Shown here piece by piece: positions 1 through 12,804 of a stretch of 64,000 bases of DNA. Under the pieces are notes generated by a model. That model worked only from the letters and a program-made list of their open reading frames with translations, did no database searches and was not told the DNA's origin. The stretch is taken from positions 16,802,001 to 16,866,000 of the forward strand of contig NC_043001.1 of the NCBI RefSeq assembly GCF_006345805.1, written 5' to 3'. How positions within the stretch are numbered: position 1 is the first letter of the stretch; every line of letters begins with the position of its first letter. A program made the translations under genes and the position numbers. The DNA comes from Octopus sinensis (taxonomy: Eukaryota).

Positions 1-1146
1 CTCCACCACCGCTCATGTCTCTTTGAGACATTTAGAAATTCAATATTTCTAAATAGTTTTTAAAAAAATATATGAGAATAAAATCAATAACTCTTAATTT
101 GCGTAAATAAAATGTATCATGCGAGAATTTGACTGTCGAAATTCCATCGATTTTCTGGAGCATTTTTAGGGATTTGTTCTGTGTGAAACTTCATCCGATC
201 ATGTCGAGCCAAAACTCCACACAAACCTTACTCACCATTTTGCTGGAATCTAAAGATTGGTCACCTATTTAACGAATTGAATAACAATAAAGGAGAGATA
301 TTGTACCAGCGCATGTATTATTGGTGTAATAATCCTCCCAAGACACAACACGATTTGTTTCAATACACGAATTCACATCAAAGATCTTGTAAACTAAATA
401 CAAAAATGGACTAAAAATTTTGTCAAGCTGGCTTTTGAAATTTTCAAAGCCTATCCTTTCTCTGCACCTCCGAACTTGTTTTTCCTTCTTTCTAGATTGA
501 TATCGATAAGTACAACTTTTCTAACGTCCAGAGAGAAAAGGATTTGATCAATAACAAACTTGCTATTCAGAAGCATCTTATCCCGGCAAACCCGAACTGC
601 TGTATTTCGTCTTAGGAGAGCAACTTCTTCAAATTCATTGACGCAGTGAGCCTTTGAGACATTCCGGTGTTTCGATTTAGTTGCGTCTCTTCAGTCCAAG
701 CTACCTCCGAGTCAATGACCGAAGCAAGAGTGATGACTTTTGTTTATAGAAATCGGTAAATAATTTGTTGATGCATGCTGATGTATATTGTCAAACCGAT
801 TATAAATCACCAAATACACGCAGAACATCGAGAATCAAAACAATATTTTCCAAATAATATCTAGCTTGTTTGCTTTCTATCCTTCTAAGTTAGCATTCAT
901 ACTTTTAGTTTACATTTTGCTCGTCAAAAGGTGTGGTCCAAAATTGCGCCGCTGGTCGCTAGACAGAGTAGGATAAAAATACCCCTGGGGACAGCCTGAA
1001 TCCATATATGTTTCATTTGTGAGAGTAGACCCCCATGTTGCTAAAAGTTCTGTAATGCTAAACATGTTGTTCATTATCTCAAAAACTTTCATTTGGAGAT
1101 AATTTTGAAAATAACCTACAAACTATGTAAAAGCATTATAGTTGCC

Positions 1147-1562
1147 GGATCTTTTCGGTTTGAACGGCAGTTTTTTAAAATAATTTCCACGTAACTAAAC
1201 ACTTTTAAACTTCGTATACTGGTAGAATGCGTTTATAAAACATCTTTTTCTCTTGGCTTTATCGAGAAAATTCTATAGTTTCTAAGATATTTGTTGTTTT
1301 TTTCCTTCAATTTCTGTAATTTCAACAAATCAATGACGTCTATTGAAGTGAACATATTCTGTGCCGTATGAATATGTCCCTCATTTAAGAAACAGATTGG
1401 GTTTATTTACATTTTTGAAGAAAAAAAGGATACCCTTCCCCCCACCACTAGCCCTAACCCTAAAACAGATTGAAATGCAATAGATCGATACTAGGGTCAT
1501 AATTATGGGTAACAATTTCATATGACACCGCTAAAAAACTGCCGTTCAAACCGAAAAGATCC
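1147..1562. mobile_element. MITE with ~29-bp TIRs and 8-bp TSD
   Basis: TIR ggatcttttcggtttgaacggcagttttt / aaaaactgccgttcaaaccgaaaagatcc; perfect TSD tagttgcc at 1139-1146 and 1563-1570; no ORF. An 8-bp TSD with GG ends fits hAT, Merlin or MULE. Confidence 0.9.
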
Positions 1563-2675
1563 TAGTTGCCTTCTGTCACTGCAAAACTTGAAAGAATGAA
1601 TATAATTATTAAGTATTTGAAGCACAGTAGGAAAGTTGTAAAAGTACAAAGTACACAAAAAAAAAAACATTTCATAAAACTTATTTCATAAAAGCTAATC
1701 AGCTTTGTCGCCGTCCAATGAAACGTCTATATTATTATTATTACTCTGTGTGAATCTGAATGCTATGATGTTTTATGTTTGTCTTGTTCGCCAACGAATA
1801 TATTATTGAATGATTCGTGTTTGTCTGTTCGAGTGACTGTGTATTTTAACTCGTGATTGTAGCTGTCAGCGTATTTACGTCTTGAGGTCGTTGGATATCG
1901 TAATAGCTTCAGAGACAGCTTGCCAGAAAGCATAGACAGCTAGCCAGAAAGAAAATAACTGGCTAAATAGGTAGATAGTTATCCTGAGTATTGAAGTAAG
2001 CGAAAAAACAATAACAAAAACAACAAGTAATATTATTGTTTACAACATTTCTGGCATCAAATAACATAAAATGTGGCTTGGAGTCCACTACGCATATGCT
2101 AGCCATGTTGTTTTATGTGTACTTGTCTGCGTCAATATATATAATGTAATTGTCTCCATGTGTTCCAATACGCTGCTGTTTATAAGTGTCTGTGTGTGTA
2201 TTTGTTTACATGTGTGCCTGTGTAAACGAAATGTGTGTGTTTCTGTGTAATGGTATGTATGTGTGTACTCATTCACGATTACAAATGAGGAGGTAGCTTT
2301 TCTGTGTCGGTTAGTTATTCGCAGACTATCTGTGACGTATCTGAAGGCCTTATGTTACATCGACAACAAATGGGCGTCGGTTTGTTTCCCACGATTGTTT
2401 AGATATATGGATCAGTGACGAAAACCCTTGATAAACCCATAAACCCTTCGGTTCTTGTTTCTAATCCTTTTGTCTTATCCCATTGTGACGACGAGAGCGC
2501 CATTAATATAATGGAGATAATACAAGATACAAGAACCTAAGGTTAGTGGTTCGCATCACGTGACCAACACAATACTATGTCCTTGCCCAAACAATATCTC
2601 TCAAATGGCCCACGTCACGTGGTTATAAATAACGTGGAATATAAATGACTGTTGGAAGCATGGTAATATTTGGAA

Positions 2676-3372
2676 GGCGGCGAGCTGGCAGAAACGTTTG
2701 CACGCCGGGCGAAATGTGTAGCCGTATTTCGCCTGCCGTTACGTTCTGAGTTCTAATTCCTCCGAGGTCGACTTTGCCTTTCGTCCTTTCGGGGTCGATA
2801 AATTGAGTATCAGTTACGCACTGGGGTCGATATAATCGACTTAATCCCTTTGTCTGTCCTTGTTTGTCCGCTCTGTATTTAGCCACTTGTGGGTAGTAAA
2901 GATTTAGGTATTTCTAAAAAAGGCGGTGAGCTGGCAGAAACGTTAGCACGCCGGGCGTAATGCCCCTTGTGGGTAGTAAAGAAATAGGTATTTCGTCTAC
3001 CATTACGTTCTGAGTTCAAATTCCGCCGAGGTCGACTTCTGCCTTTCATCCTTTCGGGGTCGATTAAATAAGAACCAGTTACGCAATGGGGTCGATATAA
3101 TCGACTTAATCCGTTTCTCTGTCCTTGTTTGTCCCCTCTGTGTTTAGCCCCTTGTGAGCAGTAAAGAAATAAGAAACGTTAGCATGCCGAGCTAAATGCT
3201 TAACGGCATTTCGTCTGTCTTTAAGTTCTGAGTTCAAGTTCCGCCGAGGTCGACTATACATCTCATCTTTTTGGGGTCGATAAATTAAGTACCAGTCACG
3301 TACTGGGTTCGATCTAATCGATTGGCTCCCTCCCCCAAAATTTCGGGCCTTGTGGCTAGAGTAGGAAAGAAA
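2676..3372 (+). mobile_element. SINE family A (tRNA-derived), multi-unit cluster
   Basis: Head ggcggcgagctggcagaaacg, B-box-like gttcaaattcc, core gcctttcatcctttcggggtcgataaattaagtacc, tail ...gccccttgtgggtagtaaagaaata; at least 3 bodies in tandem. Confidence 0.9.
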
Positions 3373-3918
3373 AGAATATTTGGTTTTAAATTTTGGCACA
3401 AGGCCAGCAATTTTTGGATTTGGGGTTAGGTCGATTACAATGATCCCAGTACTTTACTGGTACTTATTTTATCGAACTGAAAGGCATATCGCTTTCTAAA
3501 GCATATCTGAAGCCGGAGGTTATACAATTTCGTGAGCTCACGTTCTGTGCATCGAAGCAGTACTCGTTTGTGGATAATTTTCTTGACGTAATTCTTTTAA
3601 ATGCATCATTGAATTTAATGATAAGAAAAGGCATGAATGTATGTGACGTTAGCTGTATTTACTTCTAGGTTAATGGGACAAAGTAAGATGTTATATTTTA
3701 CCTGTAACAGGCACCCAATGTACGGAGTGAGAGTTAAGGAGTGCGTTGCAACTGACCACGGTGTGGCTATTAAGGTAGTTGTGAGGGTGCAGCCATAAAC
3801 ATATGCATGTTGCAATACATATTATTGTGCACTCGTATCTACACGTTCGCATGTACATATATCTTACTATATAAGGTAATATTGTGATATTGTAATTTGC
3901 ATATCTATGTACGTTTTT

Positions 3919-4138
3919 TGTTGTGTCTGAGGAGAGTCATTTTCTTTTTGTGCCTTATAATATAACACACTCACCGGTAAAATTTCCACTTTTTTCTTAT
4001 GTCAAAACTATTAAAAAGTTTGCAAGACGCAACGAAAATTTTAGGAAAATAAAAATAAGAAAAAAAAGTGGAAATTTTACCGGTGAGTGTGTTACATTAT
4101 AAGGCACAAAAAGAAAGCGACTCTCCCCAGATACAACA
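3919..4138. repeat. Long inverted repeat (~80-bp arms) with a degenerate hammerhead-like fold in the spacer; Penelope-like
   Basis: Arm 3919-3998 is the near reverse complement of 4057-4138. Spacer reads cta-TTAAAAAG-tttgc aagac gcaac-GAA-aatt-t-tag. Confidence 0.7.
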
Positions 4139-4459
4139 GAATATGCTTCAACACACGAACTCATATAAAGAATCTTGCAAACTAAATCCAAAAACGAAAT
4201 ATGAACGTTTTAATGTTGCTCTTCTGTGTATTGTGAAAGAACTATATGTGCAATTTTCTTAGTGTTATTCAGCGTGTTTTAGATTTAAGCAAATGATAAG
4301 GATTTGCTTAAATACCTGTAGGGCTAATTGTATACAGTGAAAAGAGATAAAGGGAGATACAGTTTTAGTCACCTGTAAAAGTTATGGTATATTACGTGAC
4401 GTGCCATATTTCAAACATAGTGCTAGTGCATGCATATACAGCTGCGTGCGCACATACAC

Positions 4460-4752
4460 GCGAGTACTGTCCAAATCTCCGACCAATCACATACAGCTAG
4501 CTGGCATTCAATTGGCGTATCAAGTTTTGGGCATTTTGATTGGGTTTTGGATAGAAAATTCACTAAAAAGTCACTTCTATTGATTTTTTAATGGCTTTAC
4601 GAGGCGACATGGGAAATGTAAAGATGTGCACGACCACCCTTGGACGGTTTTGAATAGCCATAGAAAGTGTGAGCCCTCTAACTGAAAAATTGTGGATTTG
4701 TATAAAGGACACACACACAGACAAACATTTTGCCGTTTATATATAGAGAGAT
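4460..4752 (-). mobile_element. Helitron-like non-autonomous element, 5' part
   Basis: Minus strand begins atctctctatatataaacggcaaaatgtttgtctgtgtgtg, the same 5' architecture as the element at 43211; 3' end not clearly seen. Confidence 0.45.
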
Positions 4753-6029
4753 AAGGGGTTATTTTTTTAAAAGAGCGTGGTTGTATGCAACGATAGATAA
4801 AGTGTAGTGAAGCAAAGCTGTTAGTGACAGTGAAAGCGATTTGTAGGCTGCTCAGTCTATGACTAACATTGACATTACTAAAGCATTACAATTTCACTAA
4901 CTATAAAATATGTAAAATATAATTCGCTTAATAAGAGCATGAAGAGATTAATTCCAGCTGGGAGTTTAACACAGGGAGCAGCTTCAGCTGTATAAAATAT
5001 ATTTCATATGTATACATGGAAGAGATTTCAAGCCGTTGATCTACAAAATCTTTGCTGATTGACTCACTTATTTTGAACTTAAAGATTCCCACTCTATCAT
5101 GCCCAATATCTGCCTCCAGAGAATGAAGACATTTCTTCTATATTCTTCCCTGAGCTATTACCTGTCTTAAATCTCGTTTTACATGGTTTTATAGTTAGAT
5201 TCTTATAGTTTTACTTCATTGATGTTTCCAATAGAAGTCTATTACGCTTTCTTGAAAACATTTACTGTTTAGTGGATAACTAGTGTTAATAGCGAGGCAA
5301 TCACATAGTGATAGAGAAGTTTGTGTATTCGTGTTTGTCAGCTCTTTTCTATTTATTTTTGCGAAATTATCAGAAAAACAGTAGCTCACTATTATATTTT
5401 ATTAAAATCTTTCTGTAATTTGTGGTTTGTGTCGATGTTTTGCTTACTAGATGTAACAAAAATCGAGGTTACTTGAACTGACGTTTAAGGTAAATGGTGG
5501 GTTCTAACAAAAAGTCTTCCTTCTGTAGATTTTGTTAGTGGCTGTATTATCCGGTTTTTAGTATGTCACGTATTTTTTTCTATAAACCCATGTAATGTAT
5601 CACTGTGATATTTCGTAACGTCTTTAAAGGAGTATTAATTAAAGGATATGTCCCAGTTACATTTCTTAATGTTGCTAGACTATCTTTATAAAGTAGCTGG
5701 TGGATGATTGGAGCATTTCTGGATACCACTGCAACGGGTTGTATTTACTTGAATTTAATTTTAGAGATATTACTAAGAAATAACTTCACTTGTATTAGTG
5801 CTGATAGTAATTCGAACATACAGACTTACACTGCGTACCTATATACGAGTAACAACCGTATGTATATAGGTGCATTTGTATTATGTTCTGTAATATTATG
5901 CATCAAAGTAGAATATAAGATCATATGAATATACGATACATATGTGCGTGTGTTTTTTAGTTTGCATGTGTATGTGAATATGTGTATGTGTTTAAACATA
6001 TGCATATGTGGATATGTTATATATATATA

Positions 6030-6070
<41 letters not shown>

Positions 6071-6162
6071 TCAATTTAGGGTAGCAAAAAAGTCAATAGA
6101 AATTATTTTGCCACCAGCGGTCTAGTGAGAAAGAGGAAATAGTCAAAGACTATGAATAAATT

Positions 6163-6238
6163 CAACAACAATTGAGGAACGGCTACAATAGTCTAGTGGG
6201 TCGAACGGCCTATTGTAGCCGTTCCTCAATTGTTGTTG
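6163..6238. repeat. Perfect 29-bp-arm hairpin between (TA)n tracts
   Basis: caacaacaattgaggaacggctacaatag, an 18-nt spacer, then ctattgtagccgttcctcaattgttgttg. Confidence 0.85.
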
Positions 6239-6244
6239 TATATA

Positions 6245-6319
<75 letters not shown>

Positions 6320-6601
6320 CAATTGCAGCGTGGAAGGTGTTTGTAAGCCATTTAAGAAACACACAAAAGCCGTTCGATTCATTTCAACATTTAAGTTTAA
6401 TTTGTCAAAATATTTTCGTCGCTAAAATCCGCGACCTGTTCACTGACAAAAATCCGTGCTGCATCGGATTTTTGTCAGTGAACAGGTCGCGGATTTTAGC
6501 GACGAAAATATTTTGACAAATTAAACTTAAATGTTGAAGTGAATCGAACGGCTTTTGTGTGTTTCTTAAATGGCTTACAAACACCTTCCACGCTGCAATT
6601 G
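6320..6601. repeat. 282-bp near-perfect palindrome (137-bp arms, 8-nt spacer), each arm carrying a hammerhead-like motif; Penelope-like inverted pLTR
   Basis: 6320-6456 is the reverse complement of 6465-6601 with one mismatch seen; flanked by (TA)n. Confidence 0.9.
6471..6520 (+). ncRNA. Type I hammerhead-like motif with G3-C8 core variant (mirror copy on minus strand at 6401-6450)
   Basis: Stem I tttgtca/tgacaaa; core GTGAACAG; stem II gtcgc/gcgac; GAA; palindromic stem III aatatt; H=U. Confidence 0.55.
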
Positions 6602-6681
6602 TTTTCGTTCCAGCACACGATCTCAGATCAAATCACTTGCTATGCGAGTACATCTCCGTAATATATATATATATATATATA

Positions 6682-7579
6682 TTGGCTCATCCCATACATG
6701 ATACGTTTTTTTATATTTCTTTAATTTTTCAAAATTAAGATAAACTAAGTTATTTTTCAATCTAAAATAGACTCTCCTTCATTTTATACAACGCTCTTCC
6801 ATCTATCTGGTAGACTTGCAAGGCTCCGCTTCCAAAATCCACTTGTCCGTGATGAGAAATACTCCTCCAGTACAGTTCTGATCTCGTCTAGAAAATTCGT
6901 AATTTTTCCGTTCAAATGATTTTGAAGATTGCGGAATAAATGATAATCAGATGGAGCAATGTCGGGCGAATATTGTGGATGGAGCATCGTTTCACATTCA
7001 AACTGCTCCATCCTTTGGAATGTCAGCCGCGCTGTAAGTGGCCGAGCATTATCCTGATGGAGAAAACAACTTTCGTCATGGAACCAAATATAGTCGTTTA
7101 TCTTCAAGCGCTGACTTGAATGACGGGTTGAACGACCAAATCAAAGCTTCTCTGCAAGTTCCTTAATAGTTACGATAGGAATTTGTTTCAGCAGGGTTTT
7201 CAGGACATTCTCATCGAGCTTTACAGATCTTCCAGGACGAGGTTCGTCCTCTAGGCTGTAGTTTCCGGCTCAGAATTTCTGGAATCACCGTTGACACTGC
7301 CTTACGCTTATTGTCCGATCCCCATATACTGCATTAATATTCCTCGCACTTTCCGTTGCGTTGTTGCCTTTATTGAACTCTTAAAGCAAAATATGCCGAA
7401 TATAAACTTTTGTCACTTCCATTATAACTTTGGAAAATAATCGTTAAAATCGAACTGCACTCTTCAAAACTTCCACTAAGAATAAGTACAAAGTAATACT
7501 ACTACATGCTTTTAAAGGATGATGCAGGTAGGTTATTCCCTGCAATTGAAAAAAACACATTATTTATGGGATGACCCAA
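6682..7579 (-). mobile_element. Internally deleted mariner transposon (pseudogenised transposase)
   Basis: TIRs ttggctcatcccatacatgatacg / cacattatttatgggatgacccaa with TA flanks. N-terminus MEVTKVYIRHILL*EFNKGNNATESARNINAVYG...LEDEPRPGR from 7422; C-terminus HQDNARP...HPQYSPDIAPSDYHLF; stops and a central deletion. Confidence 0.93.
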
Positions 7580-7622
7580 TATACATACATACATACATAC
7601 ACACACATACACACGCACACAT

Positions 7623-7662
<40 letters not shown>

Positions 7663-7677
7663 CACACACACACACAT

Positions 7678-8072
7678 ATCCGAGCTGCGGTGAATAAATT
7701 GTCGTCTAAATTACGCGAAAATGAAAATAACATTTGCATTCAGTTCATCTTTGGTGTTGCAAAGAGTTTTTTGTTGATCCCTCACTCAAATTTAGACTCA
7801 TCCAACTCTTTCCGAATCCTCTGCACTGTCCTCACATTGACACCCAAGCACACTGAAATATTCGTATTGAAGCTTCCGGTGCGAATGCCAAGCAGTACAG
7901 CATGTTGTTTTCAAATTTCTGGCAGAGTGAATTGCATCATGGTGCTGTTTCTCTCACATACGGTGCCAAACTGACCCTACTACACTGTGTAGTCGACAAA
8001 ATTAAAAACAAACAATGCGCATACGCGAAAGTAAAGACATAAAATGGTTACAATTTACCCATCGCATCCTGT
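7678..8072 (-). mobile_element. Short non-autonomous Tc1/mariner-superfamily element (HTH remnant)
   Basis: Imperfect TIRs (ctgcggtgaataaattgt vs rc atgcgatgggtaaattgt). Minus strand encodes HAVLLGIRTGSFNTNISVCLGVNVRTVQRIRKELDES, a transposase-like HTH. Confidence 0.6.
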
Positions 8073-8086
8073 ATATACATAACACA

Positions 8087-8188
<102 letters not shown>

Positions 8189-8217
8189 CATATATACATA
8201 CATATATATATGCATAT

Positions 8218-8263
<46 letters not shown>

Positions 8264-8628
8264 TTTAATTTTGGGGGATTAATCGATATGCGGGTATTCT
8301 ATTTCAGTAATTAAAAAAATAATCTAAAGAGTATATCTGAAAGTAAACTCATGGCATCAGTTTCCCCATCATGAAATAATACTTAAAGGATATAACCAAA
8401 ATTACCAGCAGGATATATATTATACTTCACTAATTATCTCCTACTTTCGGTAATACTTAATATCTGATTGAATTAATATTGACTTTTATCAGATATGTCT
8501 GGAGTAAAAATTATCTGAGAGAAATTTTCTTTAAGTAGTAGAAATGCTAAGAAAAAATTTTTTTTGGCTGCTATTTCTACTAAGTTCAGTATGTGGCAAA
8601 GTAATTTATTTTACTAAGCCCTAATTAG

Positions 8629-8674
<46 letters not shown>

Positions 8675-8952
8675 ATTATATATATATATATATATAATAT
8701 ATATATATATATATAGGTATATATATAATATATAATATATATATATTATATATATATATATATATATATGATATATATATATAATTATATATTATATACA
8801 CATATATATATACATCCTTTTGCATCATAATATTCAATCCGTGTGCTAAACACATGACATTAACACCATATTTACTACTCTTAGAACGTTCAGGCACTTC
8901 CATTTCATGAAATATATAGTAATTCAATTGGAGGATGCAAACGTGCGCAGAA

Positions 8953-9069
8953 TTTTCTCCCGGCACTGCAGCAGCAAGTCTTATCACATCCGACTACACT
9001 CGAACGTGTTAAACATGCCCTTGCAGGAATATACATTATTCAACGCAGTTTCGTACGAAATTCTTGATA

Positions 9070-9104
<35 letters not shown>

Positions 9105-9176
9105 ACACACGCTTACATACACACACAGACACACGCACACAAGAAAAGGCATAAATAATGAGCTTTACATATTCCA
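8953..9176. repeat. Interspersed repeat with internal (CA)n; second copy at 16612-16842
   Basis: tttctcccgg.actgcagcag.aag.cttatcacatccgactacactcgaacgtgttaaacatg...(CA)n...aggcataaataatgagctttacatattcca occurs twice. Confidence 0.85.
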
Positions 9177-9315
9177 TTATTTGTGCATCTTAGACTTTAC
9201 ACCTGTTTCAGATGTGCATTATACTTATGTTCATAGTTCCGCTTTTACTCAATCACTCGATTGATCGATTGAATAAATTGAACGAATTTAATAGATACCC
9301 TCATCTATCTATCTA

Positions 9316-9652
<337 letters not shown>

Positions 9653-10063
9653 CTCTATCTATCTGTCTATCTGTCTATCTAAAGAATGTTTTAATAAAAA
9701 GTGGGTAAAAGTGGCAAAAATGGTCAGTATGAAAGACAACACTATTTTAAGCGTAAATCTGTGACCAAAAGAGACAACGAGAGGTAAGGCGACTTATCAT
9801 GTGTTCGTTTTCGAACTGTCTGAGGTGACCTTGGTCTTTTTTGTAGGTTTTTCTTTCCAGGGCTATACCTAAACTGTGAACTTTATTTTTATATATATAT
9901 ATATTATATTTTTATACACCACACAACCCACAGATCCCTATTGATCGAACGTTTCTTTTTCTTTGTGTCCCACCCATTCCACCTCGAAAAGAAAAAACTC
10001 TACATTGTATTTCGTCCATTTTTATTCTGTGTTTAGCCCTGTGTGGCCACAATAAAAAGTTAG

Positions 10064-10120
<57 letters not shown>

Positions 10121-10203
10121 AGCTATCTATCTATCTATTATTCTATCTATACATACATATGCGTGCGTGTACGTGTGTGATTGTGTGTGTGTGTGTGTGT
10201 GAT

Positions 10204-10257
<54 letters not shown>

Positions 10258-10732
10258 TGTGTGATTGTGTGTGTGTATGACGGGCACAGTTTTGTCTCCC
10301 AAGTCCCACTAGAAAGTTATTCATCACCGCAGTGTCATAATAAAACTTACTTCAAGTGCCTCGTAATGTGATCGACAATCATGAACTGATTTTGAAGCAA
10401 ACTTCTTAACTAAACAGCCAAGCAAGAGCATAACATAAAGAGCACACATACATGACAGTAAATAAAGTGAGGAAAGGAAAGCCCGCAGTTGAAGTGTAAA
10501 CATATATTGTTGTTCAGTTCTAGGTTAGTGAACAATAAATTTAATTTTATGATAGATTTGCTTTCTATTTTTATTATTTATTGAAATTCAATGGCTTTTT
10601 TAATGGACAATATATACGATAGATATAGTTTATGTTGGATATTCAACTTAAATCGGAGATTTTAACAATTAGCTTATTTGCCAATGAGTAGGGCGGTTTG
10701 TATGAGTATGCGAGAGTGAAGATGTATAAATA

Positions 10733-11702
10733 CGATCTCTGATCAATAAGTAACCGGACTGTTGCCATAGTAACGAAGCTGAAGCACATAGTGAAGCTGC
10801 TTAGGAAAGATTGCCCTTGAATTCTGATGGGCATGCGCGCTAAGTTTAAACGTTCTAGCTCACTTCCGCTGTTTACAGCAGTGCTTGGAAGAAACGTGTG
10901 TAGCGTGTGATGGTCGCATTGACCATGACAGAAACAGTTGTCATGGCGATATCTGCTCAGAAGCCTGCGCAACGCTGCAGAAAGTACATGGAGAGGAGTG
11001 TATGAGCCACACACAAGTGTACGAGTGGGTCAGGCGTTTTCAAGATGGCCGAAAAAATGTCGATATTAATGATCGCCATTGAGACCCGCAACCAGCAGAA
11101 CTAAGAAAAACAGGACCTCCATAATGCTATGATGTACCGTGAAGTCTGGCGTAGCATGGTAAATTCCATTGTCTCGACTACAATCGAACAAAAAAAAAAA
11201 AGAAAAACATCGCAGCTGTGAGGAGGAAATCGTCGAATTACCATCCGTGAGTTATCAGAGGATGTGCAGATTAGTCACGGTTCAGTTCAGTCCATTATCA
11301 CCGAAGATTCGGGTATGAGACACGTGTCTACCAAGTTTGTGCCAAAATTGCTTTCAGCTGACCAAAAAGACACTCAGGTTTCAGTTGCACAAGATCTCCT
11401 TGATTGTATCGAGAACGATGAAAACTTTTGGAAAACTATGCGTAGGCCATAGAGCAGGTATTGCCAAGCCTTTGGCAAAATTTGATGCAGATTCTCTGCT
11501 CAACTCACTCTAACATGCTCAATGCGACGATCACACGCTACATACCTTCCTTCCAAGCACTGCTCTAAACAGAGGAAGTGAGTTAAAACGTAGCGCTCAG
11601 ACACAGCAAAGTTTCCATTCAATCTGTGCCAAGTGGCTTTACTCCACATGCTTTAGTTTCGTTACTATGGCAACAGACTGGATACTTATAGATCGGACCA
11701 CG
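10733..11702 (+). mobile_element. Mariner-derived non-autonomous element with long (~190-bp) TIRs
   Basis: TA flanks; 10733-~10927 mirrors ~11514-11702. Encodes LQKVHGEECMSHTQVYEWVRRFQDGR and RRITIRELSEDVQISHGSVQSIITEDSGMRHVSTKFVPKLLSADQK (HTH and WVP-like linker); no catalytic domain. Confidence 0.9.
11113..11199 (+). mobile_element. 5'-truncated RTE-type LINE end nested in the mariner
   Basis: TSD aagaaaaaca at 11103-11112 and 11200-11209; poly-A tail; reads DLHNAMMYREVWRSMVNSIVSTTIEQ, like an RTE C-terminus. Confidence 0.7.
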
Positions 11703-11833
11703 TATGAGTGTTTATATGTCCGTGAATGAATATGTGTGTATGTGTGTGTGCATGTATACATGAAGCGTCGATGACTCAGCTGTTTACTTCATATTTCTAT
11801 TATTACTTTTAATAATACTTTCTATTATTCAGT

Positions 11834-12218
11834 GGAGGCGCAATGGCCCAGTGGTTAGGGCAGCGGACTCGCGGTCATAGGATCGTGGTTTCGATTCCCA
11901 GACCGGGCGTTGTGAGTGTTTATTGAGCGAAAACACCTAAAGCTCCACGAGGCTCCGGCAGGGATGGTGGTGATCCCTGCTGTACTCTTTCACCACAACT
12001 TTCTCTCACTCTTACTTCCTGTTTCTGTTGTACCTGTATTTTCAAAGGGCCGGCCTTGTCACTCTCTGTGTCACGCTGAATATCCCCGAGAACTACGTTA
12101 AGGGTACATGTGTCTGTGGAGTGCTCAGCCACTTACACGTTAATTTCACGAGCAGGCTGTTCCGTTGATTCGGATCAACCGGAACCCTCGTCGTCGTAAC
12201 TGACGGAGTGCTTCCACC
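11834..12218 (+). mobile_element. SINE family B (tRNA-derived); other copies 21164-21531, 30710-31091, partial 15200-15376 (-), 46460-46830
   Basis: ggaggcgcaatggcccagtggttagggcagcggactcgcggtc (A-box), ggtttcgattccc (B-box), and a shared ~380-bp body. Confidence 0.9.
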
Positions 12219-12442
12219 ACACTTTCTATTATAGGCACAAATATTTGGGGACGCGGTGGGCTAGTCGATTACATCAACCCCAGGGATCAAATGGCACCCG
12301 TAAAAGGTCATGTCGACCACGGTAGAAATTTAACTCAGTCCTTACTTTAAATACTTAGGAACCATCTCTAGGTTTGCTTTTGACGTTGTCTTTGCAATTA
12401 ATACAATTTCCACTTTTCGTTCTTACTTTTCCTTCATATCCA

Positions 12443-12484
<42 letters not shown>

Positions 12485-12550
12485 TCTCCTTCTATCTATG
12501 TATTTATTTATATATGTTTCTTTACTACTCACTTTCTCTCTATTTCTTTG

Positions 12551-12582
<32 letters not shown>

Positions 12583-12754
12583 TCTATCTATCTATCTGTC
12601 AGTCTGCATGTCTGTCTGTCTGTCTGCCTGCCTGCCTGTCTGCCTGCCTGCCTATCTATCTAACTAGCTATCTATCTATCTGCCCCGCTCTCTTTCCCCC
12701 CCTCTCTTTCACTATCTATCTATCTATCCATCCATCCATCCATCCATCCCTCCA

Positions 12755-12804
<50 letters not shown>

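Noticed and set aside
100-1092. Possible decayed transposase (Merlin-like words) on the minus strand
   Set aside because: Needs several frameshifts and stops to read; no catalytic motif could be confirmed by eye.
2550-2625. Two CACGTG E-boxes
   Set aside because: Short motifs with no promoter context; could occur by chance.
8262-8630. Possible hammerhead (ctgataa...gaaa) in a TA-flanked cassette
   Set aside because: Stems I and III could not be closed convincingly.
11834-11910. tRNA genes at SINE heads
   Set aside because: A/B boxes are present but no complete cloverleaf, and they continue into SINE bodies.
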